A stretch of DNA of 8,525 bases, the filler included, from Blastocystis sp. subtype 4 (lineage: Eukaryota): NCBI RefSeq assembly GCF_000743755.1. It is 6 parts of 6 records of this genome, joined end to end, with 100 filler letters (N's around TTAATTAATTAA, not from the genome) between each part and the next. Parts side by side here need not be neighbours in the genome. Positions count along the whole stretch, not along the records: positions 7,271 to 8,525 come from NW_014568387.1; 5 more parts are not named here. One strand, written 5' to 3'. The position numbers and the translations under genes were made by a program. The first letter of the stretch is position 1; each line of letters begins with the position of its first letter. The notes beneath the pieces were generated by a model. It made no database searches. It had not been told where the DNA came from and worked only from the letters and a program-made list of their open reading frames with translations. Shown in pieces: positions 7,271 to 8,525 of the stretch.

Positions 7271-8525
7271 ACAGTAACCACTCCAGTGACATTCCTTCAA
7301 TCTGGAAGTAACACGATTGCTATTGCTATTGTTGCTATTACTGACAGTTACACCACATCCTATTTCGATGCAATGGTTCGTTTGATGCCTTCAGAACAAT
7401 CTGAATCTCATATCTGGGAATTCACTGCTACAGGTATTGGTGTCAGTGGAACTGCAGTTGGTCCATTCGATATGGATTATTCCTCTTTACATCTATTCCT
7501 ATTCCTGTATTGTCAATTCTCTGACTGTGACTCTATCAAACAATCGTCGTGAATGGATCAGTTCTGTTCAGATTCAGAACTATTACTCTGCATCTTACAG
7601 CAATAATAAGGCTGCTGAATTCAATCTGTATGGCCGTAACTCAGGTACAGATGAATGGACACTTCAGGAAGTCACTGGTCTCACTTATTCAACTCCTGGT
7701 CAGAAGAGAAGAATCTACTTCCCTAACAATACTCCTTACAATCAATTCAAGTTTGAGAACTTTGCTACTGGTGATTCTTCTGCTTGTACCTGGTATATCC
7801 AATCTCTGGATCTGTTTGCTGATAATGTGTTGGCTGATATTCCTAACTTCACTTATGATTCTTCAGTCACTGTATTCAAGAATGTTGAGATGGCTGAAGT
7901 GATTCCTCAGAATAATGATCGTTACATGAACTTCAGAATCAATCCTTCTCTTCCTGCTGGTATTGTGTTGGATCCTTATACTGGTTGGATCTCAGGTACT
8001 GCCACTTCTGAGAGTACTACTCAAACCTACACCATCACTGCTACTAAGATTAGTGGAGGAGATGTGAGTGATACTATCTCTCTATCAGTTTCAATGTGTG
8101 CTGGAGATAAGGGATTAATGACATTCCGTATATTCGCTGATGGTTGTCCCAATGAGAATTCATGGAAACTGTATGAAGGAAGAGGAACCTCAGGAACTGT
8201 ATTGAGATCTGTAGAACAGTTCCCTTTATCCTACGGTTATTACTATGTTGATTTCTGTTTGAATGATGGAATCTACACATTTGAAGGATCTGATTCATGG
8301 GGAGATGGATGGGATTATGAAAGTGGTTACACTCTGACTGTTGATTTGGGAGAGATGGAGTTGGACATCAATGAAGTACCCGAATCAGAAACAACACCAT
8401 CTACTGTATCAAGTGTGTTCTCAACATATTTCCCTTTCCAGATTGAATACACAGATTGGAAGGTGATACAGAATGATGTGTCAAGTGATTGGAATACTGT
8501 CAGTTTCGATGATTCCACTTGGAAC
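7271..8525 (+). pseudogene. Close paralogue or allele of the 4473-5678 gene with a single +1 frameshift; open at both ends
   Basis: The frame is open 7271-7486, there is one extra T near 7487 (TCC TCT T TAC), then 346 open codons run 7488-8525 collinear with contig D's protein. The ORF track misses this part because no stop falls inside the window. The frameshift lies in a short T run and may be a sequencing error. Confidence 0.8.
7309..8516 (+). repeat. Dispersed ~1.2 kb duplicate of 4473-5679 (reverse complement)
   Basis: Base-by-base collinear with only three indels: +1 near 7487, a 3-nt deletion near 7665 and a 3-nt insertion near 8380. Confidence 0.97.

Noticed and set aside
7430..8414. 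Diversity-generating retroelement template/variable repeat pair
   Set aside because: Differences are not adenine-specific (for example TCT/GGT, ACC/GTT), include indels, span many patches, and no reverse transcriptase is visible.
4473..8516. D and F as a large inverted repeat or invertible locus
   Set aside because: They lie on separate contigs, so their relative orientation and distance are arbitrary.
184..8525. Genome-wide stop codon reassignment
   Set aside because: The long frames in A, D and F (about 300-400 codons each) have no internal stops and use CAA/CAG and TGG normally. Only local or contig-specific effects remain possible.

Overview
This window is not continuous DNA. It is six short contigs (A 1-1531, B 1632-3060, C 3161-4372, D 4473-5679, E 5780-7170, F 7271-8525) joined by five identical artificial 100-nt spacers (N44-TTAATTAATTAA-N44), so neighbourhood between contigs has no biological meaning. 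The sequence looks eukaryotic, most like the gut protist Blastocystis (inference from candidate 30-32 nt GT-AG introns and TGTTTGTT-like motifs just after candidate stops). Contigs A, B, D and F, and probably E, are pieces of one expanded family of large modular surface proteins. The repeated unit is a DSYGDxW beta-domain, a jelly-roll/galactose-binding-like domain, a discoidin-like domain and a He_PIG-type Ig repeat; E supplies a C-terminal Ig repeat plus a transmembrane helix. The strongest signal is that D and F are near-identical copies whose differences are packed into about eight short non-synonymous patches inside an almost invariant framework, resembling CDR-like diversification. Most copies carry frameshifts or stops. 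Contigs C and E keep protein-like frames with in-frame stops that could be read as CAR/CGA codons altered by C>T. No rRNA, tRNA, CRISPR array or clear mobile element was found.
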